DNA of 64,000 bases, from contig OZ240215.1 of NCBI GenBank assembly GCA_965197585.1, positions 2,016,001 through 2,080,000 of the forward strand, in the 5' to 3' direction. Numbering within the stretch: the stretch's first letter is position 1; the number at the start of each line of letters is the position of its first letter. The notes beneath the pieces are model-generated. The model saw only the letters and a program-made list of their open reading frames with translations, did no database searches and had not been told where the DNA came from. The stretch comes from Dehalococcoidia bacterium (GTDB lineage: Bacteria > Chloroflexota > Dehalococcoidia > Plut-88900). This document shows, one piece after another, positions 47,096-58,560 of the stretch. The position numbers and the translations under genes are program-made.

Positions 47096-49219
47096 ATGTC
47101 GCAGACACAGACCATAAGACGAGGCGACCCCGAATCCACGCCCACTCCATCTTTGGAAATGGTCAGGAACATCGGGTTCATCGCTCATATAGACGCAGGA
47201 AAGACCACTGTAACTGAAAGGGTCCTCTTCTTCACGGGACGCATCTACAAGATGGGGGAGGTCCACGAAGGCACGGCGGTTATGGACTGGATGGACCAGG
47301 AGCGGGAGCGGGGCATAACCATCACGGCAGCCGCCACCACCGCTTATTGGAAAGACTATCTGGTCAATATTATCGACACCCCCGGCCACGTGGATTTCAC
47401 AGCCGAGGTGGAACGAAGCCTCCGGGTCCTGGACGGAGGCGTCGTCGTTTTTGACGGAGTTGCCGGCGTCGAGCCCCAGTCGGAAACGGTCTGGCGGCAG
47501 GCCAACAAGTACTCCGTGCCCCGGATCTGCTTCGTCAACAAGATGGACAGGGTCGGGGCTGATTTCTACCGCACAATCGACATGATTGTCGAGAGACTTG
47601 AAGGCAACCCCGTCCCGATCCAGCTGCCGATGGGCAGTGAAGACGCCTTCGAGGGTGTCGTAGACCTGGTGGAAAACACCGCTTACGTATATCCCCAGGA
47701 CGGGGAGGAAGGGCCCGTACGGGTCAATATCCCCGAGAAATACCATGAATTGGCCGCCCGCTATCGGGACTCGCTGATAGAGCGGGTAGCCGAGACCGAT
47801 GACGCGCTCATCGCCAAATATGTAGACGGCCGGGAGATTTCGGTCGAGGAGCTGAAGGCGGCCCTGCGCCAGGCCACTATTGACAACAAACTGGTGCCGG
47901 TAATGTGCGGCGCCGCCCTGAAGAACAAGGGCATCCAGCTGATGCTGGACGCCGTTTTGGAATATCTGCCTTCACCGCTGGACGTGCCCCCAGTCGAGGT
48001 TACCTCGGCGAAGACGGGGGAGAAGTCCCTGCGGGAAACCTCCACAAAAGCCCCCTTTGCCGCCCTGGCTTTCAAGGTAGTGACCGACCCCTATGTCGGG
48101 CGTTTGGTCTACTGCCGCATCTACTCCGGGACAGTGAAGAGCGGTTCCACGGTGTTCAACTCCAGCCGGTCCGGGCGGGAGCGGATAGGGCGTATATTGA
48201 AAATGCACGCCAACCACCGGGAAGAGGTCTCCGAGGCCACAGCCGGCGACATCGTCGCTGCTATCGGCCTCAAGAACACCTACACCGGTAACACGGTCTG
48301 CGACCTTCACGCCCCTATTCTCCTAGAGTCCATCACCTTCCCCGACCCTGTTATTTCCGTAGCCGTAGAGCCCCGGTCCAAGATGGACCAGGACCGCTTG
48401 AACGATGCATTGGTGAAGATGTCCGACGAAGACCCGACTCTCCAGATGAAGCATGACGACGAGACCGGCCAGACGGTAATCCAGGGGATGGGCGAGATGC
48501 ATCTCGAGGTGACCGTCGAGCGGATCAGGCGGGAGCAGAGTGTCGACGTCAGGATGGGCAAACCGCAAGTGGCCTACAGGGAGACCATTACGGTTCCCGG
48601 CAAGGGCGTCGGGCGGCTTGTTAAGCAGACCGGAGGCCACGGACAGTTCGCTCACGTTGTGGTCAATTTGGAGCCCCTGGAAGCAGGCCAGGGGTTCCAG
48701 TTCGTAAACCAGATCCGGGGCGGGGACATACCAACCGAGTACATCCCATCCGTGCAGAAGGGGGCCAAAGAGGCCATGACATCCGGTGTCTTGGCTGGTT
48801 ACCCCGTAGTGGACGTTAAGGTATCGCTAGTGGGTGGTAACTTCCACCCCGTCGACTCCTCAGACATGGCCTTCCAAGTGGCGGGGGCCATGGCCCTCAG
48901 GGATGGGATCCGAAGGTGCAAGCCCGCGATCCTTGAGCCGATTATGAAGCTGGAGCTCAACACCCCCGGTGATTTCCTCGGAGACATTCTGGGTGACATC
49001 AACGGGCGCCGGGGCAACATCAGCGGCATCGTCGGGGTGGGCGGCACTCAAACCGTACAGGCCCTCGTTCCCCTGTCGGAATGCTTCGGTTACGCTACTC
49101 ACATCCGCTCCCTGAGCCAGGGCCGAGCCATCCACTCCATGGAGTTCGCCCACTACGACAAGGCGCCGGAGAAGATAGCGGAGCAGGTCGCTACAAGGGG
49201 AAGGTACACCAGCCTCTAG
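47096..49219 (+). CDS. fusA: Elongation factor G
   Basis: [26 protein letters not shown]. Confidence 0.98.
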   Translation: MSQTQTIRRGDPESTPTPSLEMVRNIGFIAHIDAGKTTVTERVLFFTGRIYKMGEVHEGTAVMDWMDQERERGITITAAATTAYWKDYLVNIIDTPGHVDFTAEVERSLRVLDGGVVVFDGVAGVEPQSETVWRQANKYSVPRICFVNKMDRVGADFYRTIDMIVERLEGNPVPIQLPMGSEDAFEGVVDLVENTAYVYPQDGEEGPVRVNIPEKYHELAARYRDSLIERVAETDDALIAKYVDGREISVEELKAALRQATIDNKLVPVMCGAALKNKGIQLMLDAVLEYLPSPLDVPPVEVTSAKTGEKSLRETSTKAPFAALAFKVVTDPYVGRLVYCRIYSGTVKSGSTVFNSSRSGRERIGRILKMHANHREEVSEATAGDIVAAIGLKNTYTGNTVCDLHAPILLESITFPDPVISVAVEPRSKMDQDRLNDALVKMSDEDPTLQMKHDDETGQTVIQGMGEMHLEVTVERIRREQSVDVRMGKPQVAYRETITVPGKGVGRLVKQTGGHGQFAHVVVNLEPLEAGQGFQFVNQIRGGDIPTEYIPSVQKGAKEAMTSGVLAGYPVVDVKVSLVGGNFHPVDSSDMAFQVAGAMALRDGIRRCKPAILEPIMKLELNTPGDFLGDILGDINGRRGNISGIVGVGGTQTVQALVPLSECFGYATHIRSLSQGRAIHSMEFAHYDKAPEKIAEQVATRGRYTSL

Positions 49220-49235
49220 GCCGGCGGAGAACAAC

Positions 49236-49544
49236 ATGGCAAAGCAGAAGATGCGCATAAGGCTTAACGCCTACGACCATAAGATTCTCGACCAGTCGGC
49301 GGAGCAGATAGTCGACGCTGCTGAGAGGACGGGCGCGGGCGTCGTGGGGCCTATCCCCTTGCCTACCAAGATCAAGAAGTTCTGCGTTACCCGTTCCTCG
49401 AATACCTTCAAGGATTCTCGGGAGCAGTTCGAGATCCGCACACACAAGCGCATCATTGAGGTTCTTGACCCCACGAACAAAACGATCGACGCCCTGACCC
49501 TTCTGAACCTGCCTGGCGGCGTCGAAATCGAGATCAAACTCTAG
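49236..49544 (+). CDS. rpsJ: 30S ribosomal protein S10
   Basis: [19 protein letters not shown]. Confidence 0.97.
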   Translation: MAKQKMRIRLNAYDHKILDQSAEQIVDAAERTGAGVVGPIPLPTKIKKFCVTRSSNTFKDSREQFEIRTHKRIIEVLDPTNKTIDALTLLNLPGGVEIEIKL

Positions 49545-49562
49545 GCAGGTATTACTTATCTG

Positions 49563-50180
49563 ATGATTGATGGAATATTAGGAAAGAAGCTGGGCATGAC
49601 CCAGCGTTTTAGTGAAGACGGCACTTTGCATGCGGTGACGGTCATACAGGCCGGACCTTGCACGGTCGTTCAGGTGAAAACGTCCGAGAGGGACGGATAT
49701 CAGGCAGTCCAGATCGGATTTGACAAGGCGAAGCGACTCAACAAGCCGGAGCAGGGCCACATGAAGAGCCTCGGTGAGTTCCGACACCTTCGCGAAGTGA
49801 GAAGTAAAGACTCGTCCGGTTTAGAGGAAGGCGCCACGATAGACGTAAGCATCTTCGAAGCCGGCGAAAAGGTGGACGTGATCGGAAAGTCCAAGGGCAA
49901 GGGTTTCGCCGGAGTTGTGAAACGCTACCACTTTGGTGGCGGCCCCAAGACCCACGGCCAGTCAGACCGGCACCGGGCCCCTGGCTCGGTGGGCGCAGGC
50001 ACCACCCCGGGCCGCGTAACAAAAGGCTTCAAAATGGCCGGACACATGGGCAACGAAAGGGTGACTTCCCAGAACCTAACGGTGATGGAGGCAGATCCCG
50101 AGCGTAATCTTCTGTTGCTCAGAGGCGCCGTACCCGGGCCCCAGAACGGTCTGGTCCTGATAAAGAAGAGAACACGCTAG
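49563..50180 (+). CDS. rplC: 50S ribosomal protein L3
   Basis: [21 protein letters not shown]. Confidence 0.97.
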   Translation: MIDGILGKKLGMTQRFSEDGTLHAVTVIQAGPCTVVQVKTSERDGYQAVQIGFDKAKRLNKPEQGHMKSLGEFRHLREVRSKDSSGLEEGATIDVSIFEAGEKVDVIGKSKGKGFAGVVKRYHFGGGPKTHGQSDRHRAPGSVGAGTTPGRVTKGFKMAGHMGNERVTSQNLTVMEADPERNLLLLRGAVPGPQNGLVLIKKRTR

Positions 50181-50198
50181 ATAGAATCCCGCAAATAT

Positions 50199-50981
50199 AT
50201 GAAAGCGCAACTGAAAAACAGGTCGGGAGAGGTACTGAGAGAAGTCGAAGTTAGCGACGGCCTCTTTGCTCTCCCACTGACTAGAACGCTGAAAGGCTTG
50301 CTCCACCAGGCGGTGGTCCGGCAACGGGCCAACGGCAGAAAGGGCCGACCCTCGGTCAAGACCCGGTCCGAGGTGGCCGGAAGCACCCGCAAGCTGTTCC
50401 CCCAGAAGGGGACGGGACGGGCGCGCGCTGGAGGCATCCGCTCTCCGCTGCGGCGGGGTGGGGGAGTCGCATTCGGGCCCCAGCCCAGAAGCTACTCCCA
50501 GCGCATGCCCAAGAAGATGCGAAGACTCGCCATTCGGGGCGCTCTGTCTGCCAAGATCGCCGACGGGCGCATAGCGATAGTCGATAACCTAGGTTTCGAG
50601 CAACCCAGGACCAAGGATATGGTCCAGCTGCTGGACTCCCTGAAGGCGAAGAAGTCGGTCCTGGTGGTCACACCCGAGCCGAGAGAGGCGCTTATAAAGT
50701 CGGCGGGGAACCTGGAACGGGTCAAGACCCTTCCCGCCCGCTATCTGAACGTATATGACGTCCTGGCCCACGAGAACCTGATCATCGAACTCGAAGCGGT
50801 CAGAACTGCCGAGGACCTCTGGGCCCCGGGTGGTAGGACTGTTGAAGAAGAGCCTAAGGCCCCGCCCGCGCGAAAGCCTCGGGCTCGGAAGCCCGCTGCC
50901 AAGGTCGAACCTGAAACTCCTGAACCAGAGTCGACTCCCGAGCCGGCGTCCGCTCCCGAAACTGAAACTGAGGAATCGTAA
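50199..50981 (+). CDS. rplD: 50S ribosomal protein L4 with C-terminal low-complexity tail
   Basis: KTRSEVAG, QKGTGRAR, GGGVAFGP. Confidence 0.97.
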   Translation: MKAQLKNRSGEVLREVEVSDGLFALPLTRTLKGLLHQAVVRQRANGRKGRPSVKTRSEVAGSTRKLFPQKGTGRARAGGIRSPLRRGGGVAFGPQPRSYSQRMPKKMRRLAIRGALSAKIADGRIAIVDNLGFEQPRTKDMVQLLDSLKAKKSVLVVTPEPREALIKSAGNLERVKTLPARYLNVYDVLAHENLIIELEAVRTAEDLWAPGGRTVEEEPKAPPARKPRARKPAAKVEPETPEPESTPEPASAPETETEES

Positions 50982-50984
50982 ACC

Positions 50985-51269
50985 GTGGAACTGCTGCAGG
51001 TCCTGAAAAGACCAATAGTCACCGAGAAAAGCACCATCCTCCACGAAAGCGACAAGTACGCTTTCGAGGTGATGTCCACCTCCAACAAGGTGCAGATCAA
51101 GGCGGCGGTGGAAAAGGCCTTCGATGTGAAGGTCACCGCGGTCAACACTATAACGGTGCCCGGCAAGACGAAGTTCCGGGGTCGGAGAAAGATCCAGACT
51201 TCGCCCTGGAAGAAGGCAATCGTGACGCTAAGGCCCGGGGACAAGATCGAGCTGTTCGAAGGAGTCTAG
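50985..51269 (+). CDS. rplW: 50S ribosomal protein L23
   Basis: PIVTEKS, WKKAIVTL. Confidence 0.96.
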   Translation: MELLQVLKRPIVTEKSTILHESDKYAFEVMSTSNKVQIKAAVEKAFDVKVTAVNTITVPGKTKFRGRRKIQTSPWKKAIVTLRPGDKIELFEGV

Positions 51270-51302
51270 CAAAGCAGACCCCTTTCGACTAAGGAAGCAT
51301 AT

Positions 51303-52127
51303 ATGGCCCTGAAAGTATACAAACCAACATCTCCGGGACGTAGAAACGCCACCGGCTCCTCCTTCGAGGAGATCACCAGGAGCAAACCCCACAAGGCCCT
51401 GCTGCTGCCACTGAAGAAGAAGGCGGGGCGCAACGTACGCGGCAAGATCACCGTGCGGCACCGGGGTGGGGGTGCCAAACGCAGGCTCCGGATTATCGAT
51501 TTCAAGAGAGACAAGATCGGGGTACCGGGGACGGTCGCCTCCATAGAGTACGACCCCAACCGGACGGCCCGCATAGCCCTTATTCACTATGCCGACGGCG
51601 ACAAGCGATACATCCTAGCCCCCTGGAACCTCCCGGTGGGACAGACTATAGTCTCCGGGCCCGAAGCACCGATCAAGGTCGGGAATACACTGCCCCTTAG
51701 GGTCATCCCCACCGGTACCACCATCCACAACATAGAGATGAAGCCCGGAAAGGGCGGACAGCTGGTTCGTGGAAGCGGTACGGCAGCCCAGCTGCTGGCC
51801 AAGGACGGCATTTACAGCCTGCTCAGACTGCCCTCGGGCGAGCTGCGCAGGGTGGAGAGCGAGTGCAAGGCGACCATCGGGCAGGTCGGCAACCCGGACC
51901 AGAAGAACATGAAGCTCGGCAAGGCAGGCCGTAACCGGTGGAGGGGAAAGAGGCCTTCGGTCAGAGGCTCGGCCATGAGCCCTCGGGACCATCCCCACGG
52001 TGGCGGCGAGGGTCGGTCCCCCGTGGGAATGCCCGGACCCAAGACTCCGTGGGGCAAACCTGCACTGGGATACCGTACCAGAAGGAAAAAGAAGTCCAAC
52101 ACCATGATCGTGAGGAGGCGGAAGTAG
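51303..52127 (+). CDS. rplB: 50S ribosomal protein L2
   Basis: [16 protein letters not shown]. Confidence 0.98.
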   Translation: MALKVYKPTSPGRRNATGSSFEEITRSKPHKALLLPLKKKAGRNVRGKITVRHRGGGAKRRLRIIDFKRDKIGVPGTVASIEYDPNRTARIALIHYADGDKRYILAPWNLPVGQTIVSGPEAPIKVGNTLPLRVIPTGTTIHNIEMKPGKGGQLVRGSGTAAQLLAKDGIYSLLRLPSGELRRVESECKATIGQVGNPDQKNMKLGKAGRNRWRGKRPSVRGSAMSPRDHPHGGGEGRSPVGMPGPKTPWGKPALGYRTRRKKKSNTMIVRRRK

Positions 52128-52128
52128 A

Positions 52129-52413
52129 ATGTCGAGATCGATCAAAAAGGGGCCGTTCGTTGACGCCAAGCTGATGAAGAAGGTGGAAGCGGCAATGGGG
52201 TCCAACAAGAAGGTGATCATCAAGACTTGGTCCCGCGCCTCGGTCATTATTCCGGACATGGTAGGGCAGACAATAGCCGTGCACGACGGCCAGAGGCACA
52301 TGCCGATTTTCGTGACGGAGAACATGGTCGGGCACAAGCTCGGGGAGTTCGCCCCAACCCGCCGGTTCAGGGGTCACATGGGCCGCACGGAGCAGGCCAC
52401 TCGAAGGATGTAG
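52129..52413 (+). CDS. rpsS: 30S ribosomal protein S19
   Basis: [21 protein letters not shown]. Confidence 0.97.
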   Translation: MSRSIKKGPFVDAKLMKKVEAAMGSNKKVIIKTWSRASVIIPDMVGQTIAVHDGQRHMPIFVTENMVGHKLGEFAPTRRFRGHMGRTEQATRRM

Positions 52414-52434
52414 AGACAGGAAAAGAGCAGAACA

Positions 52435-52779
52435 GTGGAAGTTAAGGCCCGAGTCAAAGGCATAAACGCATCACCCAAGAACCTGCGCAACCTGATCGAT
52501 ACCGTGCGCGGTATGAGGGTGGAGGACGCCATTTCCCAACTCCGGTTTACGCCCATTCCAATGGCACGTATCGTGAGGAAGGTAGTGGAGTCGGCCGCGG
52601 CCAACGCTGAGAACAACTACGACATGGTCCGGGACGAGCTTCGCATAGTGAAGATAACGGCGGATGAAGGGGCCAGCTTAAAAAGGTTCAAGGCCAAGCC
52701 CCGCGGCAGAGCTGCACCTATAATCAAGCGCACCAGCCACTTGACCGTGGTGGTTGACCAGGACGACGGGGAGAATTAA
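52435..52779 (+). CDS. rplV: 50S ribosomal protein L22
   Basis: SAAANAENN, KRTSHLTV. Confidence 0.96.
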   Translation: MEVKARVKGINASPKNLRNLIDTVRGMRVEDAISQLRFTPIPMARIVRKVVESAAANAENNYDMVRDELRIVKITADEGASLKRFKAKPRGRAAPIIKRTSHLTVVVDQDDGEN

Positions 52780-53583
52780 TTGGGACAGAAAACCCACCCT
52801 ATAGGGTTTCGGCTAGGCATTATCCGGGACTGGGACGCCAAGTGGTTCGCCCGTAAGGGCGTGCAGTACCGAAAGCTGGTGGCCGAGGATATGACGATCC
52901 GAAAGTCCATCCTCGGGAGTCACACGGACGCGGCCATCTCAAAAGTCGAGATCGAGAGGAACGCCAACGAGGTCATCGCCACAATTTACACGGCCAGGCC
53001 CGGAATCGTCATCGGGCGAGGGGGCCAGCGGGTAGACGAGCTGCGTGGGTTGCTGGAGAAGAGGACCGGCCGCCGAGTACGCCTGAACATCCAGGAGATA
53101 TCGCAGCCGGAGCAGGACGCCTTCCTCGTAGCCCGTAACATCGCCGACCAATTGGAGCGGCGCGTGTCGTACAGGCGGGCCATTAGGCAGGCGGCGACTC
53201 GGTCCATGCAGACGGGAATCCAGGGCATCAAGATCATCTGCTCGGGAAGACTGGGCGGAGCCGAGATAGCCCGTAACGAAAAGCATAGGGACGGTCGGGT
53301 CCCGCTCCACACCCTCCGGGCCGACATCGACTACGGAATCGCCGAGGCGCTCACTACCATGGGTGTCGTAGGCGTCAAAGTATGGATATATAAAGGGGAC
53401 ATCCTACCCGAACCCAAGCAGTCCGAAGCCGAAAGAATGGAGCCCATCAGCGTAACCATCCCAAGCTCCAAGACGCCGGATGCGGAAGCTGAGGGTTCTG
53501 ACGGACAGCCAATAATATTAGAGGAGAACTATGCTTCAGCCGAAACGAGTGAAGTTTCGGAAAGCCCATCGGGGACACCGTAG
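52780..53583 (+). CDS. rpsC: 30S ribosomal protein S3
   Basis: [27 protein letters not shown]. Confidence 0.97.
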   Translation: MGQKTHPIGFRLGIIRDWDAKWFARKGVQYRKLVAEDMTIRKSILGSHTDAAISKVEIERNANEVIATIYTARPGIVIGRGGQRVDELRGLLEKRTGRRVRLNIQEISQPEQDAFLVARNIADQLERRVSYRRAIRQAATRSMQTGIQGIKIICSGRLGGAEIARNEKHRDGRVPLHTLRADIDYGIAEALTTMGVVGVKVWIYKGDILPEPKQSEAERMEPISVTIPSSKTPDAEAEGSDGQPIILEENYASAETSEVSESPSGTP

Positions 53584-53947
53584 GGGCACGGCCCACGCGG
53601 GAGCGGGTCTTTCTTTCGGGGAGTTCGGGCTCAAGGCCCAGTCCACTGCGTGGATTACCAACCGCCAGATAGAGGCAGCCCGGCGTGCCATCACCCACCA
53701 CGTCAAGCGTGGTGGGCAGATCTGGATACGCATCTTCCCCGATAAGCCGGTAACCTCGAAGCCACTGGAGACCCGCATGGGAAGCGGAAAGGGCAACGTG
53801 GACCACTGGGTTGCAGTGGTAAAACGGGGCCGGATGCTCTTCGAAATCGGCGGAGTGGAGAAGGAAACGGCCAAGGAGGCCATGAGAAGGGCCTCCCACA
53901 AGCTGCCCGTCTCCACACGATTCGTGTCCCGGGACGAGCTTGTATAG
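53531..53947 (+). CDS. rplP: 50S ribosomal protein L16
   Basis: [18 protein letters not shown]. Confidence 0.97.
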   Translation: MLQPKRVKFRKAHRGHRRGTAHAGAGLSFGEFGLKAQSTAWITNRQIEAARRAITHHVKRGGQIWIRIFPDKPVTSKPLETRMGSGKGNVDHWVAVVKRGRMLFEIGGVEKETAKEAMRRASHKLPVSTRFVSRDELV

Positions 53948-53974
53948 CGGCGCAATCCAAGCGAGGTATCTTAG

Positions 53975-54178
53975 TTGAAAGCGGAAGAAATAAGGAGCCT
54001 GTCGGCAGTGGACCTGGAACGGGAGTTGGAAAACTCCTACCGGGAGACCTTCAATTTGAGGTTCCGCCGCGCCACAAACCAGCTCACCAACCACAGAGAG
54101 ATCAGACGCATTCGCAGAAAGATCGCACGACTGAAGACGATCATGCGGGAGCGGGAATTGGCTCAGGGAAACAGATGA
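53975..54178 (+). CDS. rpmC: 50S ribosomal protein L29
   Basis: FNLRF, IARLKT; position in operon. Confidence 0.95.
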   Translation: MKAEEIRSLSAVDLERELENSYRETFNLRFRRATNQLTNHREIRRIRRKIARLKTIMRERELAQGNR

Positions 54179-54480
54179 ATAAGTCCCGCAAGACAATTTT
54201 AGGCCAGGTCGTCAGCGACAAGATGGACAAGACCGTTGTCGTAGCGGTGGAGCGTTACCGCACCCACCGGCTGTATAAACGGCGCATCAGACGGATAACC
54301 AAGTTCAAGGCCCACGACTACAACAACTCCTGCAAGCTGGGCGATACCGTACGGATAGAGGAGACCAAGCCCCTGTCCCGAGAAAAGCGCTGGCGCGTGA
54401 TTGAGGTCCTGGCCCGAATAGACATCGCCGATACCCAGCCGGACGAATTAGCCGGCATGACAGAAGGGGCCAAGAAATAA
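54175..54480 (+). CDS. rpsQ: 30S ribosomal protein S17
   Basis: [23 protein letters not shown]. Confidence 0.96.
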   Translation: MNKSRKTILGQVVSDKMDKTVVVAVERYRTHRLYKRRIRRITKFKAHDYNNSCKLGDTVRIEETKPLSREKRWRVIEVLARIDIADTQPDELAGMTEGAKK

Positions 54481-54848
54481 TGATACGCGTAGCTACCCGA
54501 CTCCAGGTTGCCGACAACTCTGGGGCCAAGGTGATAGAGTGCATCAACGTGCCCGGCGGCACCGGCAAGCGCTACGCCACCATCGGCGAGATCATCGTCG
54601 CCTCGGTGAAGCAGGCCGCGCCCGCCGCCCAGGTGAAGAAGGGCGACGTGGTCAAGGCGGTCATTGTGCGGGTAGCCAAGCCCTATCGCAGGCCCGACGG
54701 CTCATACATCCGCTTTGACGAAAACGCCGGAGTTATATTGAGCGACACCTCCAATCCTAGGGGCACGCGGATCTTCGGGCCCGTGGCCCGTGAGCTGCGA
54801 GAGCGCAACTTCACCAAGATCGTATCCCTCGCTCCGGAGGTGCTCTAG
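54480..54848 (+). CDS. rplN: 50S ribosomal protein L14
   Basis: [20 protein letters not shown]. Confidence 0.97.
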   Translation: MIRVATRLQVADNSGAKVIECINVPGGTGKRYATIGEIIVASVKQAAPAAQVKKGDVVKAVIVRVAKPYRRPDGSYIRFDENAGVILSDTSNPRGTRIFGPVARELRERNFTKIVSLAPEVL

Positions 54849-54884
54849 CATCATCCCGGCAAACGAGAACTTGAAGGTATTATT

Positions 54885-55214
54885 TTGAGAATCAAGAAGA
54901 ACGATAAGGTCCTAGTACTTGCCGGCAAAGATAAGGGCAAGACGGGAAGGATATTTCGGATTAGTCCCGCTGACGGACTGGCCTGGGTGGAGAAAATCAA
55001 CTCCACAAAGAAGGCCATGAGGCCCAAACCCAACGTTAGGCAGGCCGGACTTATAGACCTGGAACTCCCAATGCAAATGTCCAACCTGAAGCTGGTCTGT
55101 CCCTCCTGCGACAAGCCGACCAAGGCTCTCGCCGACAAGTCCCAGCCCCAGAGCGCTGCGCCGGGGCAAGGCTATCCCAGAGTTTGTAAACTATGCCAAG
55201 CGACGATAGAGTAA
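54885..55214 (+). CDS. rplX: 50S ribosomal protein L24
   Basis: KOW motif [13 protein letters not shown]; position in operon. Confidence 0.95.
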   Translation: MRIKKNDKVLVLAGKDKGKTGRIFRISPADGLAWVEKINSTKKAMRPKPNVRQAGLIDLELPMQMSNLKLVCPSCDKPTKALADKSQPQSAAPGQGYPRVCKLCQATIE

Positions 55215-55819
55215 AACCGAAAAGAAAATCCAAGGCGAAGGCCAAAGAGGCGGCTCCGGCATCAAACGGGGTCCAGCCTAGGCTCAAGGTCCGGTATAGG
55301 GAAGAGATCATTCCGGCCCTGGTGCAGCACTTCAGCTATGCCAACGTGATGCAGGCGCCGAAGGTGGATAAGATCGTCCTCAACATCGGGTTGGGTGAGG
55401 CGCTTTCGAACCCTCGAGCCGTGGAAGGCGCCACCCGAGACCTGGAGACGATCACCGGGCAGCACCCCGTGACGACCCGGGCAAAGAAGTCGGTGGCGAA
55501 CTTCCGGGTGAGGGACGGCATGATCATCGGGATCATGGTCACTCTCCGCGGAGGCAGGATGTACGAATTTCTGGACCGGCTCCTCAACGCCGCCCTACCC
55601 CGCATCAGGGACTTCCGAGGCGTGTCCACCGCTGCCTTCGATGGCCGGGGCAACTACAGCCTCGGGTTTGGCGACCAGACACTATTCCCGGAAATAGATT
55701 ATGACAAGATGGACCGGCAACGGGGCCTGCAGGTCACAATCGTGACCTCCGCCAAGACCGATGAAGAAGCCCGGCAACTATTGACCCAGTTAGGCATGCC
55801 CTTCGCGCGGCCGGCATAA
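55193..55819 (+). CDS. rplE: 50S ribosomal protein L5
   Basis: [25 protein letters not shown]. Confidence 0.97.
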   Translation: MPSDDRVKPKRKSKAKAKEAAPASNGVQPRLKVRYREEIIPALVQHFSYANVMQAPKVDKIVLNIGLGEALSNPRAVEGATRDLETITGQHPVTTRAKKSVANFRVRDGMIIGIMVTLRGGRMYEFLDRLLNAALPRIRDFRGVSTAAFDGRGNYSLGFGDQTLFPEIDYDKMDRQRGLQVTIVTSAKTDEEARQLLTQLGMPFARPA

Positions 55820-55846
55820 GATAGCAACAGGAAGGAAACGAGTAGC

Positions 55847-56032
55847 GTGGCCCGAGCAGCCAAGGTAGCCAAATGGCAAAAGCCCCCCAAGTACCGGGCA
55901 CAGTTCCGCAACCGGTGCAACCTCTGTGGACGACCCAGGGGATATATGAGGTATTTCGGCCTGTGCCGTATCTGCTTTAGAGAATTGGCCCTGCAGGGCA
56001 AGCTGCCCGGGGTCAGAAAGTCGAGTTGGTAG
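55847..56032 (+). CDS. rpsN: 30S ribosomal protein S14, Zn-binding type Z
   Basis: RCNLCGRPR...GLCRICFRE; 61 aa. Confidence 0.96.
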   Translation: MARAAKVAKWQKPPKYRAQFRNRCNLCGRPRGYMRYFGLCRICFRELALQGKLPGVRKSSW

Positions 56033-56042
56033 AGCTGAAATT

Positions 56043-56444
56043 ATGGGAGTAGTAACGGACCCCATCGCCGATATGTTGACCCGGATAAGGAACGCCTTGG
56101 CCGTGGACCATTCCACGGTGTCGATGCCCGCATCGAAGACCAAGAGCGCCATTGCAGGCATCCTCAAATCCGAAGGATTCATAAGCGATTTCGAAGTAGT
56201 GAAGAGCGAACCCCAGGACACGCTGCGTCTCCTTCTGAGATACGAGGAAGAAGGCAAGCCCATGATCCGTGGCCTGAAGCGGCTCAGCAAGCCCGGCCTC
56301 CGAGTATACATAAGCAAGGACGAGATACCGAGGGTCTACGGCGGAGTCGGCATCACGGTAGTCTCCACTTCCAAGGGAATGATGACCGGGTCCCGGGCCT
56401 GGAGGCAAAAGGTCGGCGGCGAGCTCATGTTCCAGGTATGGTAA
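56043..56444 (+). CDS. rpsH: 30S ribosomal protein S8
   Basis: DPIADMLTRIRNA, SKPGLRVY. Confidence 0.97.
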   Translation: MGVVTDPIADMLTRIRNALAVDHSTVSMPASKTKSAIAGILKSEGFISDFEVVKSEPQDTLRLLLRYEEEGKPMIRGLKRLSKPGLRVYISKDEIPRVYGGVGITVVSTSKGMMTGSRAWRQKVGGELMFQVW

Positions 56445-56479
56445 GGGCGCTCAAATATATCAGTGAATAAGTAAAGATC

Positions 56480-57028
56480 ATGTCAAGAATTGGAAAACAG
56501 CCTATCGCCATCCCTTCCGGTGTGGAAGTCGCAATGAAAGACAGCCACATCACCGTCACTGGGCCCCGCGGCGAGCTTTATTACACCCACAACTCCGATC
56601 TCACCGTGTCTCGGGACGACAGTGTCCTCACCGTGACCAGACCCACCGATCAGCGGGAACACAGGGCTCTGCACGGGCTCACCCGGACGCTCATAGCAAA
56701 CATGGTCCACGGAGTGAGCGAGGGGTTCACCAAGAGCCTGACGCTTGTAGGTGTTGGGTACAGAGCTCAGATGGACGGCGGAAAACTGGTGCTACAGGTG
56801 GGCTTTTCTCACCGGGTAGAGGTCTCCCCGCCCGAGGGTATAACCCTGAGCGTGGAGGGAAACGATAGGATAATCGTCAGTGGGATAGACAAGCAGTCGG
56901 TCGGGCAGGTAGCGGCCAAGATACGCCGCATTCGCCGCCCCGATCCCTACAAGGGCAAGGGCATCCGATACACGGGCGAATATATCCGGCTGAAGCCCGG
57001 CAAGCGGGCCGCCACAGGCGCAGGATAA
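56480..57028 (+). CDS. rplF: 50S ribosomal protein L6
   Basis: MSRIGKQPI, PDPYKGKGIRY. Confidence 0.97.
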   Translation: MSRIGKQPIAIPSGVEVAMKDSHITVTGPRGELYYTHNSDLTVSRDDSVLTVTRPTDQREHRALHGLTRTLIANMVHGVSEGFTKSLTLVGVGYRAQMDGGKLVLQVGFSHRVEVSPPEGITLSVEGNDRIIVSGIDKQSVGQVAAKIRRIRRPDPYKGKGIRYTGEYIRLKPGKRAATGAG

Positions 57029-57031
57029 CAC

Positions 57032-57397
57032 ATGGCAAAGTTGGACCGAAGACAAGCAAGATCACGTAGGCAGCGAAGGATCAGGAAAAACTTGTCCGGC
57101 ACCCCGGACAGGCCCCGACTCTCGATTTTCCGCAGCCTTAACCATATCTACGCGCAGGTCATAGACGACGACAAAGGAGTCACCATTGCGGCGGCGTCCA
57201 GCTTGGAGGAGTCGGTGGCCAAGGAGTCGGAAGGGAAGCGGAAGAAGGATGTTGCGGGGCTCGTTGGAGATCTCATAGCCTCCCGGGCCACGGGCAAGGG
57301 CGTGAACACGGTGGTTTTCGACCGAGGTGGTTATCGCTACTTCGGCAGGGTGCAATCCCTCGCTGAAGGCGCCCGAAAAGGTGGGTTGAAGTTTTGA
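57032..57397 (+). CDS. rplR: 50S ribosomal protein L18
   Basis: [16 protein letters not shown]. Confidence 0.97.
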   Translation: MAKLDRRQARSRRQRRIRKNLSGTPDRPRLSIFRSLNHIYAQVIDDDKGVTIAAASSLEESVAKESEGKRKKDVAGLVGDLIASRATGKGVNTVVFDRGGYRYFGRVQSLAEGARKGGLKF

Positions 57398-57924
57398 TGG
57401 GAAGAAACGACAGACGAGATAACAGACGAGACAGGGTCGACTCCCGTAACTCGGACTTGACCGAACGCGTCGTACACATCAACCGTGTTTCCAAAGTGGT
57501 AAAGGGCGGTAGAAGGTTCAGGTTCACTGCACTGGTAGTGGTTGGCGACGGCAACGGTCGCGCAGGTGTGGGCCTCGGCAAATCGGCAAGCGTCCCCGAC
57601 GCAGTTCGGAAAGGCAACACCATAGCCACTAAGAGCATGGTCAAGGTACTGCTCAAGGACACCACCATCCCCCACGAAATCGTGAGCAAATTCGGTGGCG
57701 CCAAGGTGGTGCTGCGGCCGGCGGGTCCCGGCACCGGAGTAATAGCCGGCGGCGGGGTCAGGGCCGTGCTGGAGGCGGCGGGGGTGAAGGACGTACTCAC
57801 CAAGTCGCTTGGAAGCAGCAATCCGATCAACACCTCCAAGGCTACGTTGCGCGGATTGCAGCAACTTCGAGACCCTGCACAAGCCATTGCGGCCCGCAAG
57901 GGCCAACCGGCGGAGTCGGAGTAA
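57397..57924 (+). CDS. rpsE: 30S ribosomal protein S5
   Basis: [19 protein letters not shown]. Confidence 0.97.
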   Translation: MGRNDRRDNRRDRVDSRNSDLTERVVHINRVSKVVKGGRRFRFTALVVVGDGNGRAGVGLGKSASVPDAVRKGNTIATKSMVKVLLKDTTIPHEIVSKFGGAKVVLRPAGPGTGVIAGGGVRAVLEAAGVKDVLTKSLGSSNPINTSKATLRGLQQLRDPAQAIAARKGQPAESE

Positions 57925-57934
57925 GGCAAAATCT

Positions 57935-58117
57935 GTGTCACGAATCAAAGTAACCCTTCGAAAAAGCAGTATCGGACATCCCCAGGACCAGAGGGGCACC
58001 CTCCGGGCCCTGGGGCTTAAAAGGCTGCACCAGACCGTAGAGCACGAGGACAATCCGTCCCTGCGGGGCATGGTGCAGAAGGTCAATCACCTGGTTGTAG
58101 TGGAAGAAATACAATGA
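57935..58117 (+). CDS. rpmD: 50S ribosomal protein L30
   Basis: IKVTLRKSSIG...TLRALGL...RGMV; GTG at 57935. Confidence 0.94.
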   Translation: MSRIKVTLRKSSIGHPQDQRGTLRALGLKRLHQTVEHEDNPSLRGMVQKVNHLVVVEEIQ

Positions 58118-58560
58118 GACTGAATGAGTTGTCGCCGTTACCCCGGTCCAAGAGATCGCGCCGACGCGTTGGTCGGGGATACGGCAGCAACTATGGCCAC
58201 ACCTCGGGGCGGGGCAACAAAGGTCAGAAGTCCCGGTCGGGTGGAAGCATACGCCGCGGGTTCGAAGGCGGGCAGCTTCCGCTGATCAAGCGCATGCCAT
58301 CCAAGAGGGGCTTCACCAATATATTTCGAAAAGAATATCTGCCCATAAACCTGTCCCAGCTAAATGCATTTGAAAATGGGACGGAGGTCACCCCCGACCT
58401 CCTCTTGTCCCGCAGAATAGTCAGAGACCTGCGAAAACCCATCAAAGTCCTGGGTGAAGGAGAGCTGGACCGGGCTCTGAGCATCAAGGCGAACAAGTTC
58501 TCCGTGTCCGCGGTATCCAAAATCGAAGCAGCTGGCGGGAGTGTGGAGATCCTAGGCTAG
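58114..58560 (+). CDS. rplO: 50S ribosomal protein L15
   Basis: KGQKSRSG, GFEGGQLPL. Confidence 0.97.
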   Translation: MRLNELSPLPRSKRSRRRVGRGYGSNYGHTSGRGNKGQKSRSGGSIRRGFEGGQLPLIKRMPSKRGFTNIFRKEYLPINLSQLNAFENGTEVTPDLLLSRRIVRDLRKPIKVLGEGELDRALSIKANKFSVSAVSKIEAAGGSVEILG

